A DNA stretch of 49,870 nucleotides from IMG/VR virus record IMGVR_UViG_3300025133_000167, positions 1 through 49,870 of that record. One strand, 5' to 3'. This stretch comes from a virus. Taxonomy: Duplodnaviria > Caudoviricetes. Each line of letters opens with the position of its first letter. Within the stretch, counting starts at the first letter, position 1. Of the stretch, positions 27,441 to 37,134 are shown one piece after another. The notes under the pieces are model-generated. The model saw nothing but the letters and a program-made list of their open reading frames with translations, had not been told where the DNA came from and made no database searches. Made by a program: the position numbers and the translations under genes.

Positions 27441-28256
27441 TTATACCCCCGCGTGAAGAGGAAGCACAGTTAAATTTGCTTCGCGTAAATAAGTTCTTTT
27501 ATACGTGCCTGCTATAGCTCCAGGGTCCCATGTAGCGACTGCAGCACGAATACCTTCAATAGCTTGATCAGGATCGGGTAAATCTTCAGGAAGAATTAAT
27601 GTGCGTAATGGAATGTCCTGTAGCACCCAATAATCAAACTGGTCAGCTTCACTCATCGACCCTACGATAGCAGTACTAGGTTCCAAAGCACTATATTCAC
27701 CTGCAATTGTGCGTGCCCATTGAAATCGTTCTGTTTTTCTAAACGTAAACCATTCTGTACCATCAGGGGTCCATTGAATACATACCATCACACCCAATTG
27801 GGGCATAAAATTTGGGTCCCCTTCTGACACCCCAAGTTCAGAATGCATGTAATGCACGTTTAAAAGTACCAATAAGCCTGCAATTCCATTAGGATTTGAC
27901 ATGCCTAATTGAATAGGACTACTCGTGATAATCTCTAAAGTTTCACCTACCCCACCCGCACTAATTACTTCTCGATCGGAGTCCCCGGTTGCGGGAAATG
28001 TTCCATTTCCTCCCCACGTCGTATAGACCGTATTGTACTGGCTTGGAAGATTACCTATATCTCTGATCAGTACTGGAAATTGTTCATCAGCAACAATCCC
28101 TTGGTCTGTAAGATGTTGGTCACTGAACGCCCCTCGTTGAGAAGAGTAATCCAATAGGCCATTCATTCCTGCGACTACTGTACCAAAACGAGTATTCAAT
28201 GAGTCAGCGTCAAACTCTTCTCCTTCAGGCAAATAAAGATATGTAATATCCGGCAT
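27441..28256 (-). CDS. Putative tail-associated protein (trio member 2)
   Basis: 271 aa; EGEEFDADSLNTRF resembles a tail-attachment N-terminus. Confidence 0.55.
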   Translation of the reverse strand: MPDITYLYLPEGEEFDADSLNTRFGTVVAGMNGLLDYSSQRGAFSDQHLTDQGIVADEQFPVLIRDIGNLPSQYNTVYTTWGGNGTFPATGDSDREVISAGGVGETLEIITSSPIQLGMSNPNGIAGLLVLLNVHYMHSELGVSEGDPNFMPQLGVMVCIQWTPDGTEWFTFRKTERFQWARTIAGEYSALEPSTAIVGSMSEADQFDYWVLQDIPLRTLILPEDLPDPDQAIEGIRAAVATWDPGAIAGTYKRTYLREANLTVLPLHAGV

Positions 28257-28258
28257 AG

Positions 28259-28984
28259 CTACCTCAATAATTCCACAACGATTAATTCTCTAGTCGCAAG
28301 AAACTTTGTCCGTGCTCCAGGGTTATTCGCTGCTGGATTCGATTCGTGAGTTTGAGGAGGAGTCACAAGAGCTTTCACTGTATGAGTTCCAGGTGGCACA
28401 GTAATAATTGCTTCGCTGACTACGCTAAAAGCTTGTGAGCTTATCCCTGTAGTTTGCCAACAATAAAATGCCGCTCCTTTAGGGACGGCTCCATCTAAGC
28501 TACCAATCTTGTCATTCATTAAATCCCCGCTCCCAACAATAGATTGAGCTAGTACAGCAGCGTTTAAACTAAGGGCAAATTGAAGCCCAAACCTACCGTT
28601 TGCTGGAAGACTCCCAAAAACATAGGTCTTATAAATCGGAGCATGACCTTGGATTGAAGCTAAGACCCAATAGGTCCCCCCTGTTGTCGTAAAGGTTGTT
28701 TCTAACCCTTCAATATCTTCCCAATCAATATCAGAAGTGACAAACATAATATTAGCCGTCACTGTAGGGTTAGCATTTGAATTTGCTTCTACGACTTCAT
28801 TATGTAGTACTACTGCTACATCATCAGCGAGTTGTGCCCGTCCATCAAAAGCGTCTCTTTTCCAATTATGCTCATTTAAAGCACCAGATGCTTCTTCTAC
28901 GAAGGGGCGAAAGTCTTCATTCAAGTCATCCATCTCAATAACTTGAGGATCATGAATAAAATGTTTTGGGAAACGCCACCCCAT
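28259..28984 (-). CDS. Putative tail-associated protein (trio member 1)
   Basis: 241 aa; DDLNEDF N-terminus, beta-sandwich C-terminus (VPPGTHTVK). Confidence 0.55.
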   Translation of the reverse strand: MGWRFPKHFIHDPQVIEMDDLNEDFRPFVEEASGALNEHNWKRDAFDGRAQLADDVAVVLHNEVVEANSNANPTVTANIMFVTSDIDWEDIEGLETTFTTTGGTYWVLASIQGHAPIYKTYVFGSLPANGRFGLQFALSLNAAVLAQSIVGSGDLMNDKIGSLDGAVPKGAAFYCWQTTGISSQAFSVVSEAIITVPPGTHTVKALVTPPQTHESNPAANNPGARTKFLATRELIVVELLR

Positions 28985-28993
28985 ACTTGCCTC

Positions 28994-31327
28994 CTATGGT
29001 GGTATCCTAGCACCCCCCGCATAACGGGAAGCTTCTTCTAGTTGAATTCCAACAAATTCCCATGAACCTGTCCCCCTAAGACGGAATTTAAATACTTCAG
29101 CAGAAGGGATATAAATAGCGGCACGAGTCCAATAGGGGCGTTTTTTCTGCCATGTCGTCCCTGCGCCTAAAACTGTCTCTCCCCAGAAAGAAGGTACGTC
29201 GTCCCCTGAATATCGTTTGGCGGTAGTCGTTTCAACAACGGTATTACGCCAATCTCTCATAACGTCGATATTAATGGTAGCATCTGAAGTTTCGCGTAAC
29301 CAAAGAAATAACGTATAGGCTGTTCGTTTCTCTTGCGAAATGGCAGGTGAGAGCCATGCAGTTTCAAGCACTGCTTGTCGTCCGGTAATGGTTGCATTCT
29401 GATACCGACCTTGCTCATGGTCTACAAGCCACACTCCACCATTCTCCGCATGAAGTCCTGCTGCTAGCATATAATTACGATGATCTCTAGTGACACAAAC
29501 AGCACTCGCTTGTAAATCACTTCGACTTCTCCAGCCGTTTCCGTCGAAGATAAAACAGATATTGTTCTTTTTACTCCCATCTAAAGAAGTCCAACACCGA
29601 TATTCATTAGTTGCAAAATCAACAGCCGCAGTAGCTTGTTTACGCCTGCTGTGCGTCACTCGTCGGGTAAACAGGTCAATATCCATTGAGATTAATTCAA
29701 TCCCCCTAGAGTAGTCTTCTTTCCCACTAAACGCATAAAAACCGTCATAGCCCATCCAGATAACGGTCCCGTCTTTTAATGTAGCTAATGAGCCTGGAGC
29801 AGTACACCCTACTTCTGCACTAAGTGTTACTGAACTAAACCCTTCCCCCGATTCACTAGGCAGAATAAGATAAGTAGAAGTTGAGGTAAAAGCTAACAAA
29901 CCTACTGACGCACGCCACAGTCCTGTGATCTCATCCCCACTCGGGTCTGGAAAAATCTCCTGGTTTGCGGGAAAAGTGCCCCACCTTCCAGGTAACGATG
30001 GTCGGATTAGCCCTGGTGCTTCTGCTGTATTTCCAATCCACAGCCTACCAAAAGCTACCCGACATAGTTTAAATTGAGGGACCGGAACAATATCGATAGC
30101 TTTACGTAAAAGCCATGCATCAGGTATATTATCGGGATAAGTCGTACAAATATTATCAGGTAAGGTTGCAAAAGCAATAGCTGACCCTGTTGCTTCTGAA
30201 GTTAAACGGAAAAGATCTGTTGTACCTGAATGCAGTGTATCCTTTGTTCGATATAAGATACGTCCAATAGTTCTTTCAGGACCCGGATCGATAGAAGTCC
30301 ATGCGATTTGTTTTCGTACATCATCGGCTAAAGCAACAAAACTAGCCCCATCGGAACCCGAAACATCCCAATACTTCCAAAAAGTTGCAGGCTGGTAAGA
30401 TACTGTGACCTCATTACTTCGTCCCGACATAGGGGATAAGTTACCCCAACAATCGATCCATTGAGTTGTGGCACGCCATTCACCTGACTCAAGCCACCCT
30501 CCTACACTTCCATTCGCTCTAGTTCCATCAATTTTGTTGGAATTGACATTCCCGCCACCCCCAATTGTTTGGTAGTCTGCTCCTACCCATGTAAGGGGGT
30601 TGCGAGTCATCCCTAAACGTCCATGACCAAAAGAAGCGATCATACCACTGGGTCTTCCCGCTAAAGAATCATGAGAATAGCCAGCGTCATTGACCCCCAT
30701 ACTTGACATTTCACCGGGTTGGGTAGAAAAATTATCTACTGTACCGTTGTAATTTGTCCCTCGAAACCTGTTTCTAGGACCTAACCCTGTAGGAGCACCT
30801 GGAATTTCAGAATAACCTAAAGGGGCTACATACGTTCCATCATAAAAATACGCTCGTCCATTTTGAGGAACAATTACAATACCCGTTGAAGTTGACTCAA
30901 ACTGCGTAGGGAATTGAGGGATAATTGTATTCTCAAAAGAATCCTCATAAGCGCCGGGTCCTCCTGGTACTGAAGTACTCCCGATTAAAAGACTCCACCC
31001 TCGATCCCAGCCCGCAAACTCCCATATTTGAGAGCCAGTCTGCACCAGTAATACGTCTCGCTCCCCATTCACATCAAGCAACGCATGGAAAATGCCATGC
31101 ATCACACCGTACTGTCCGGTAGTAATGTCGGCTGTAATCCCAGAAGTCGGAGCACCCCCTGCCCCACTAGGCAGATAGGGCAACGGACCTTCTACCGATC
31201 GAAGAGTTCCCTCTTCTGTAGGGTAGAAGTTATTAATTTTTGAAGCAATATCATCAGGGAGAAACAAACGCCCGCTCGCAATTCGCATTGCAAACGTGCC
31301 AATTTTTTGTTTCCCTCGTTCATCCAC
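28994..31327 (-). CDS. Tail nozzle / head-closure protein (P22 gp10 / T7 gp12-like)
   Basis: 777 aa; NFYPTEEGTLR start, propeller-like blocks (GRLWIG, EITGL, VGCTAPGS, WMGYDGFYAF); follows the adaptor. Confidence 0.7.
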   Translation of the reverse strand: MDERGKQKIGTFAMRIASGRLFLPDDIASKINNFYPTEEGTLRSVEGPLPYLPSGAGGAPTSGITADITTGQYGVMHGIFHALLDVNGERDVLLVQTGSQIWEFAGWDRGWSLLIGSTSVPGGPGAYEDSFENTIIPQFPTQFESTSTGIVIVPQNGRAYFYDGTYVAPLGYSEIPGAPTGLGPRNRFRGTNYNGTVDNFSTQPGEMSSMGVNDAGYSHDSLAGRPSGMIASFGHGRLGMTRNPLTWVGADYQTIGGGGNVNSNKIDGTRANGSVGGWLESGEWRATTQWIDCWGNLSPMSGRSNEVTVSYQPATFWKYWDVSGSDGASFVALADDVRKQIAWTSIDPGPERTIGRILYRTKDTLHSGTTDLFRLTSEATGSAIAFATLPDNICTTYPDNIPDAWLLRKAIDIVPVPQFKLCRVAFGRLWIGNTAEAPGLIRPSLPGRWGTFPANQEIFPDPSGDEITGLWRASVGLLAFTSTSTYLILPSESGEGFSSVTLSAEVGCTAPGSLATLKDGTVIWMGYDGFYAFSGKEDYSRGIELISMDIDLFTRRVTHSRRKQATAAVDFATNEYRCWTSLDGSKKNNICFIFDGNGWRSRSDLQASAVCVTRDHRNYMLAAGLHAENGGVWLVDHEQGRYQNATITGRQAVLETAWLSPAISQEKRTAYTLFLWLRETSDATINIDVMRDWRNTVVETTTAKRYSGDDVPSFWGETVLGAGTTWQKKRPYWTRAAIYIPSAEVFKFRLRGTGSWEFVGIQLEEASRYAGGARIPP

Positions 31328-31569
31328 TAGCTGGCCTTACGCTTCCGCTTCTTTTCCACGGGAGTAGGCATCGCAACAAGTTCAAGAAGATTTGTTGTTT
31401 CATGCCCTTCAGGTAAGCGTTCAGCCGCAAAACCGTACATTTGAAACGTACCGTGTATGTCTCCGTTGTTACTTACTCGGGTAGAAGTACAAAGAACTTG
31501 ATGAGTAGTCCCGTTAATTTCTCGTTGGTACACTGCACCACAAATGACAGGTATGTTTGGTTTATCCAT
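31327..31569 (-). CDS. Small hypothetical protein
   Basis: 80 aa, AGGAG RBS, basic C-terminus. Confidence 0.65.
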   Translation of the reverse strand: MDKPNIPVICGAVYQREINGTTHQVLCTSTRVSNNGDIHGTFQMYGFAAERLPEGHETTNLLELVAMPTPVEKKRKRKAS

Positions 31570-31578
31570 TAGTTACTC

Positions 31579-33375
31579 CTAAGTTTTAACTGTCCACCAT
31601 CGTTTAAGCTGTCCCCGCATCCCATAAGAAGTCCTTGCTCTTGAAAAACGTCTTAATACAGGAACTGCTGGAGGACGTAGATCTCCATAACGTTTAGACA
31701 ACGTAAAGAGATTTTCATCATAGCGTACTTTTGATACTTCGGCCATTTGGGGATTACCCATGTTCTCATACAAGAACATTAGGGTCCGATGAATAATTAA
31801 GTCCACAGCTTCTGCATGAACTAACGGGGCATCTTGATCATCAGCAAGTTTAGGGGGACGACGAACACAACGTACATCAACCTCGTAACGTTCATTTGGG
31901 TAGGGATAAAGTTTAACTGCTTGATAGCCATGCTTATCCCGCAAGCGACAATGGTAGTCGGGCAAAATACGCCCGTTGTCGTAAAAAATCCCCCCGTTAC
32001 CCTCATCAATACGAAATTCAGCCAACAAGAAAAACACAGTAGGAATGTCAAGTTTCTTCAGCCCTGCAATCGAAGCCCCTCCATCTTGTGTCCCTACGCC
32101 TGAAGGATCGATGTCCGTAGCTAAAGCCGTATAGTTATTAAAGTCTTCTGTAATACGTCGTCGATAAATTCGTGTCCACCAGCCACTTTCACGCCAGTTT
32201 TTCCTACGCCAGAGAGTCGCAGCCGGTCCTCCACCAGTGTCTACCCGCTGAGCACCCAATGCTTGGAAGCCTTGCATATACTCGATATTCGGTAGAGTCA
32301 ACCTCACGGCAGGGGAGGGTAAAAAGACCCCTGGGTCTGTCTCAATTGCATTCAAAGTAGTAACTTGCGCGGAGATAGGGGAGGGGGATGACTCCCACAA
32401 CGGCTCACGGAATCTATTTTGAGAAGCCTCTATAGGGGCAGCGGGGTCCTGATTAAAACTAGGAAACCCATTCTCTGGTTGAATATTCTCCCATTGATCT
32501 GCATACCCAAGATGATACCCCATTGTAGGATTACGGAACATAACATCCCGCTTTCCCCAACAATACGTAATCACATACTCAAATGTACCCGCAGGTTCAG
32601 GTCCCATCCAGTTTTGGCCTGACTCTAGTTGGGGGTAGCCCGCATCGGGAGGTACAGCGGGCCCCGGAAGCTGAAAATGCTCGCGGCGAAAGACTGTACG
32701 CGGTAGCCCATGAGACACCACACGAGGGGAGTCGGCAAAAGAGTAGTCCTCTGCTTCCTCTTGACCCATCACACCTAAAGGCCAATTCCGATCTTCATGC
32801 CATAACCGCATTGAACGGACTTGAATCACATCATCAGGAAGATAGTACTTGTCTGTGTAGATCCTGTACTTAAACGGGCCAGTACCAAACTTCTGATAAG
32901 GCCAAGGAGTAACTACTGTTAGTCGATAGACTTCCTCTTCCCCTTCACCTAAAGAGTTCTTATACACAGCCCGGATTCGATTTCGATAGGTGGTGAGCTT
33001 TCCCGTGTCGGGGTCAGGTACTTCAATCTCTAAGGTGCGCCCATCCCAAGACCGATCGATCTGCCACACTAATGCGTCAGTCGTAGGGATCGGAAGGTCA
33101 CGCTGAAACACCCAAGGGTTGGGCGCATCAGGTTGCATCGGGGAGGTTTCATCGATCACTGATAAAGAGACGGTGTCATTGTCCAACTTAGGAACAGCGT
33201 CAATTTGCGTAGCAAACTTTACTTGTGACTCAAAGAATAAGAACGGTGCCTCAAGACAAACATCATTGTAAGCTCGGTTAATAAACCCATTCAACCGTTC
33301 AATAGCCTCGGTAGATTGAGTAGGAGCCCAATCAGTTTGGGCAAAAAGTGCCGTCCGTAAGTCTTTGAGATTCAC
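31579..33375 (-). CDS. Head-tail adaptor protein with large inserted domains
   Basis: N-terminal MNLKDLR...FINRAYNDV, YYLPDD, C-terminal LYPYP...DDQDAPLV...LII typical of podovirus adaptors; unusually long at 598 aa. Confidence 0.7.
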   Translation of the reverse strand: MNLKDLRTALFAQTDWAPTQSTEAIERLNGFINRAYNDVCLEAPFLFFESQVKFATQIDAVPKLDNDTVSLSVIDETSPMQPDAPNPWVFQRDLPIPTTDALVWQIDRSWDGRTLEIEVPDPDTGKLTTYRNRIRAVYKNSLGEGEEEVYRLTVVTPWPYQKFGTGPFKYRIYTDKYYLPDDVIQVRSMRLWHEDRNWPLGVMGQEEAEDYSFADSPRVVSHGLPRTVFRREHFQLPGPAVPPDAGYPQLESGQNWMGPEPAGTFEYVITYCWGKRDVMFRNPTMGYHLGYADQWENIQPENGFPSFNQDPAAPIEASQNRFREPLWESSPSPISAQVTTLNAIETDPGVFLPSPAVRLTLPNIEYMQGFQALGAQRVDTGGGPAATLWRRKNWRESGWWTRIYRRRITEDFNNYTALATDIDPSGVGTQDGGASIAGLKKLDIPTVFFLLAEFRIDEGNGGIFYDNGRILPDYHCRLRDKHGYQAVKLYPYPNERYEVDVRCVRRPPKLADDQDAPLVHAEAVDLIIHRTLMFLYENMGNPQMAEVSKVRYDENLFTLSKRYGDLRPPAVPVLRRFSRARTSYGMRGQLKRWWTVKT

Positions 33376-33421
33376 AGAACCCTCCTATCGGAGTGATTCT
33401 ACCACCCCAGACGCCTTCTTT

Positions 33422-33979
33422 CTAGCCACTACAGTCAAGCCATGCTTCCAAGAGTTCATCGTCTCCCACATCTTGCGTCAAATGACCGATGTTATCACCC
33501 CAAAATTCAAGCGCCCCAGCGTCGGTCAAGATCCCTTGTGGGTCAGCAGCCCCATCAGCACCTGCACGAGTAGGAATAATATTATTGTTCTTAAGCCCTG
33601 CCGAAGAAAATTGCACCAACCCCCACCCTTTGCGGAGGATAAACCCAGCGGCCTGACTTGGGATCGTATGCTGGGCCACTCCAACGATAGCCGAAGCCGC
33701 GTCGGTAGCAGTCGATAGTGCGACCGCAGCCCCGTTCCCGCTCCGTGCGGCTAAATCCCCAGGAGTTAGGTCTGCGTCACCCTCGTTATAGATATAGATC
33801 CAGCTTTGATCTCCTGAAGCCGATATATCCCCAGCCGCATTTTTCATCATTTGCTTAGATGCGGGCTCAAGATGGATAAATCCCAAAGGACATAAGATTT
33901 TTGAAAATATATCGCTAGTGGTTGCCGGGTTAATAAGGGTCACTTGGGTAGTATCGATACCCATCGCGGTCATAGCCAT
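33422..33979 (-). CDS. Putative capsid decoration protein
   Basis: Downstream of MCP; TAMGI, PLGFxH, xYI and GVAQxxI...GFI.R.G blocks shared with 34003..34590. Confidence 0.6.
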   Translation of the reverse strand: MAMTAMGIDTTQVTLINPATTSDIFSKILCPLGFIHLEPASKQMMKNAAGDISASGDQSWIYIYNEGDADLTPGDLAARSGNGAAVALSTATDAASAIVGVAQHTIPSQAAGFILRKGWGLVQFSSAGLKNNNIIPTRAGADGAADPQGILTDAGALEFWGDNIGHLTQDVGDDELLEAWLDCSG

Positions 33980-34002
33980 AATAATTCTCCTAAAAGTAAA
34001 GT

Positions 34003-34590
34003 TTAACTTTCTACGTTAACGTAGCTGTTCGCGGTGGCTTCTATTGCATCAGCAAAAGGCCAACCCAGTGGCGAGGCATAGATAGTGGTAGCTACTCCAC
34101 TTTCTCCGGGGTCAGTAACAACTGAACCAGAATTCGTCGTACCAACGACAAAGCCCGAGTCAGTAACGACACCCGGAGCCACATCAGCTAAGACCTTGCA
34201 TACCCCCCGGCGCACAACAAAGCCGTAGACAATATCCCCTGCTACATAGGCTGGATGTTTTGTTTCTCTAATTCCATCAGTCAGCACTGCCGTGTATAGA
34301 TCGGTTTGGATAAACCCGATCATACGCCCAGAATAGTCTCCAGGCTCCCCATAAGTGCAAAGAGCAAACTGACCGTTGATCGCATGTTTAACCAACGCCC
34401 CTTCAGTCGAAGCTGGATTTGTCCCCACAGTCTCATCTGGCACTGTGAACTGTATATACACCATCTCGACCTCACCCTGTGTAGGGTGAGCCGAAGCCGG
34501 AACAGTATGAACAAATCCTAGTGGTGCTTGTTGTGTATTGCTCCATGAATATGGAGCAATACCCATCGCAGTCCCTGGTCCACCTGACAT
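34003..34590 (-). CDS. Putative capsid decoration protein
   Basis: Immediately downstream of MCP; paralog of 33422..33979. Confidence 0.6.
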   Translation of the reverse strand: MSGGPGTAMGIAPYSWSNTQQAPLGFVHTVPASAHPTQGEVEMVYIQFTVPDETVGTNPASTEGALVKHAINGQFALCTYGEPGDYSGRMIGFIQTDLYTAVLTDGIRETKHPAYVAGDIVYGFVVRRGVCKVLADVAPGVVTDSGFVVGTTNSGSVVTDPGESGVATTIYASPLGWPFADAIEATANSYVNVES

Positions 34591-34613
34591 AATGCCCTCC
34601 TAATTCCCTTAGC

Positions 34614-35684
34614 CTATGGGATACCGCCACCAGTTACAACACCGTTACAACGAAGTTGATTGGTGTTCAAGCCCATCATCAAGACAATCTCATAGCGAAA
34701 TACGTCCTGTTCTGGGATACGGAAAGGTCCTCTTACCGCAAAGTCGCCTTTAGTCTCACGATTTGCATCATGACCAAGAGTATACGCAAACCATGAGGCG
34801 CTCTTCATCATATAAACACAACCGTTAGCTGCTGGCGTACCTGCAAAACTCGCCGCGCCAACGTCTAATGCATCTTCCAAGAAGAAGTCTGCATCAAGAA
34901 ACTTCACACCTTGACGAATATTTGCAGGAGCCTTGTCACCCTCTACCTTAACTACACGAACTTGATCGTCCAAGTCTTCGATATAGTTAAGATAAGACCC
35001 CTCATCACCAAGAAGCAAATCAACAGGCCCCATTGTTTTACCCTGCCGTGAAGCAGCATAATACACTTGGCGTAGCGTTGAACGGCCATTTGTAGCAAAG
35101 GACGTAATGTCACCATACTGATTAACCCAGCCAGAAGTAGCTGGTTTAGGTAGACCGAAGACGGTGTTAACTTGGGCTGCAGGAGCCGCATACTCAAAAG
35201 CACCTGCACGAGCAGCACCGTTAGGATTATAAGTCTCCGCACCATTTAGTGTGAGAAAACCACCTACATCCAGTCCATCCCCGACTGCCATCTGACGGGC
35301 AATTCGTTCATGGAAGTCACCAAGAGCAAGCTCTGGATAGTGTTGAAGAATACGCGCAAGGTCCATAGCCCCGTTTGCTTCAGCCAAATCTTTACCAGGA
35401 ACGTCGAACGCATAAATCAAACGAGGAGCGAATGTATCGCCTCGTACCGCATTCTGGTTACGTCCACCAGCGATAACCTCTGAACCCGTTAGGATTTGAG
35501 TTACCGTACCGGGACCATCAGTCACGACAGCAAACTCACGGTAAGGTCCCGTAAGAACATCACGGTCGATATTCCCTTTATTAACAACTTTTTCCAAGAT
35601 GGGGTGCCACTTGGTAAAAAGTTCAGAATACTTGGGCATTAACTCCTGAAGAGCCGATGCAAGTACGTCAGGTGAAATTGCCAT
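34614..35684 (-). CDS. Major capsid protein
   Basis: 356 aa, strong GGAGG RBS, follows the scaffold; C-terminal YEIV.MMGL.T....NGVVTG pattern consistent with an HK97-fold coat protein. Confidence 0.8.
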   Translation of the reverse strand: MAISPDVLASALQELMPKYSELFTKWHPILEKVVNKGNIDRDVLTGPYREFAVVTDGPGTVTQILTGSEVIAGGRNQNAVRGDTFAPRLIYAFDVPGKDLAEANGAMDLARILQHYPELALGDFHERIARQMAVGDGLDVGGFLTLNGAETYNPNGAARAGAFEYAAPAAQVNTVFGLPKPATSGWVNQYGDITSFATNGRSTLRQVYYAASRQGKTMGPVDLLLGDEGSYLNYIEDLDDQVRVVKVEGDKAPANIRQGVKFLDADFFLEDALDVGAASFAGTPAANGCVYMMKSASWFAYTLGHDANRETKGDFAVRGPFRIPEQDVFRYEIVLMMGLNTNQLRCNGVVTGGGIP

Positions 35685-35695
35685 AGTCTAGCCTC

Positions 35696-36565
35696 CTAGC
35701 GCCGCTTAAAAGCATTTTGAGCAGCAATTAATCTCATATCATCAAAAGTTTTTGCTTCATCTGAAGCAGATGGTTTCAATTGGTTTGGGGTCACATGATT
35801 ACCTGTTGCACCAGAAGTTATCCGTGCGCCGGGACGTGGGACAGGTTTAGCTGCTGTTGCAGTCGATTTACGTGCAAGTTCCACCGCATAATGCGCGGGT
35901 ACATTTTCACTCATCGCTTTTTGTGCAATAGCTAACCCTTCGTCAGATAATTCCATCGCTGCAGGGGCATAATCAAGATCCCAACCTGCTTCAAGTAACT
36001 CACTAAACTTTTTGGATACTTCTTTATCCCCAAAAAACTGTGGATACTTAGTCTGATACCATTTTGCGTAAGCTTCTGCTTCTTCATCAATAGCACGATC
36101 TACTGCTTTCTTATATTCAGTAAACTCGTTTGTTGTTAACAACGAAGAAGATTTAAGTTCTTCATGTTCATGTTGCAACGCTTCAAGTTTTGAATTTAAT
36201 TCAACAGTGCGAGGGTCTTCTTGCCCCGACATGAGCGATTCATAGATCGTGCGTAAACGATCTGTTTCAGAATTCTCTTCGGCGCGTTGCTTCTCAAACT
36301 GCGTCGTGTAATGGGAAGATAACCGTGTACCCCACGGACGAACCGACTCGGGTAACGTATCAATTTCGCCATCCCAAGCATCCCAGCCGAAGTCATCAGA
36401 AGAGGCAAAAGAAGCCTCCGCTGGTAGGGCGGGTGTCTCATTTACTGCCTCCGATGAAGAGGAAGTAGCAGCTACCTCCTCCGAGCCAATAGGAGCAGAA
36501 TCAACTTCAGGAGCAGAAACAGGCGCTTCTACGGACGTAGCTGCTACTTCGGTAGGCTCATCCAC
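35696..36565 (-). CDS. Capsid scaffolding protein
   Basis: Acidic disordered N-terminus, central coiled coil, basic helical C-terminus; directly upstream of MCP. Confidence 0.75.
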   Translation of the reverse strand: MDEPTEVAATSVEAPVSAPEVDSAPIGSEEVAATSSSSEAVNETPALPAEASFASSDDFGWDAWDGEIDTLPESVRPWGTRLSSHYTTQFEKQRAEENSETDRLRTIYESLMSGQEDPRTVELNSKLEALQHEHEELKSSSLLTTNEFTEYKKAVDRAIDEEAEAYAKWYQTKYPQFFGDKEVSKKFSELLEAGWDLDYAPAAMELSDEGLAIAQKAMSENVPAHYAVELARKSTATAAKPVPRPGARITSGATGNHVTPNQLKPSASDEAKTFDDMRLIAAQNAFKRR

Positions 36566-37001
36566 GCTTCTTCCCCTTCAATTTATCTTTATCGAGAGCT
36601 TTCTTAGAAGCATCAAGTCGCATAGAAACTAAATCTAAATGAGGGTTAGCTTCGGGAGGAGGCCCTATAGGAATAGCAATACCTTCGCCACCCAAGCCTT
36701 CCTCTAGCACTTCCTCTAGCCCTGTTTCAGCAGGTGGCGTAATTTCCCACCCTGCTTCTTCTAACAATTCTAGCAAGTGGGCTCCGTCGCGTGCGTCAGT
36801 CGCAAGATGATCTGCAAGGGATTCACGGGTGTAGTCTTTGCCCTCATGAGTCTTAGATTCACTACCTTTATGCGCTTCATAATCTTCTTCGCCGGGACGT
36901 GTTTCAGACTCATCACCTGTATGACCAGTGTAGTCTTCTTCACCGGGACGAGTCTTTGACTTCTCATCCTTACCCATCCCATATGCGTTTTCAAGTGCCA
37001 T
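36558..37001 (-). CDS. Acidic protein with 17-aa tandem repeats and C-terminal scaffold-like motif
   Basis: SKTRPGEEDYTGHTGDE / SETRPGEEDYEAHKGSE / SKTHEGKDY; C-terminal MRLDASKKAL. Confidence 0.75.
   Translation of the reverse strand: MALENAYGMGKDEKSKTRPGEEDYTGHTGDESETRPGEEDYEAHKGSESKTHEGKDYTRESLADHLATDARDGAHLLELLEEAGWEITPPAETGLEEVLEEGLGGEGIAIPIGPPPEANPHLDLVSMRLDASKKALDKDKLKGKKRG
36828..36959 (-). repeat. Intragenic 51-bp-period tandem repeat (about 2.6 copies)
   Basis: TCTTCTTC(A/G)CCGGGACG recurs at 51-nt spacing. Confidence 0.8.
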
Positions 37002-37060
37002 GTGGCCCCCTAAACTTTCTATGCCTTAACATAGAATGCTCCATGAATTATTTACCTAAA

Positions 37061-37069
37061 AGTGTAACA
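37061..37069 (-). promoter_or_regulatory. Extended -10 promoter candidate for the scaffold/capsid operon
   Basis: TGTTACACT in a 133-bp intergenic gap; 13-mer TAAAAGTGTAACA identical to 49431-49443. Confidence 0.5.
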
Positions 37070-37134
37070 GTCGTCAAGGTGTTGGAGCACTTTTAGTAAA
37101 GTTATCTGACTTTAATTTTATCCCCTTGACGGAT

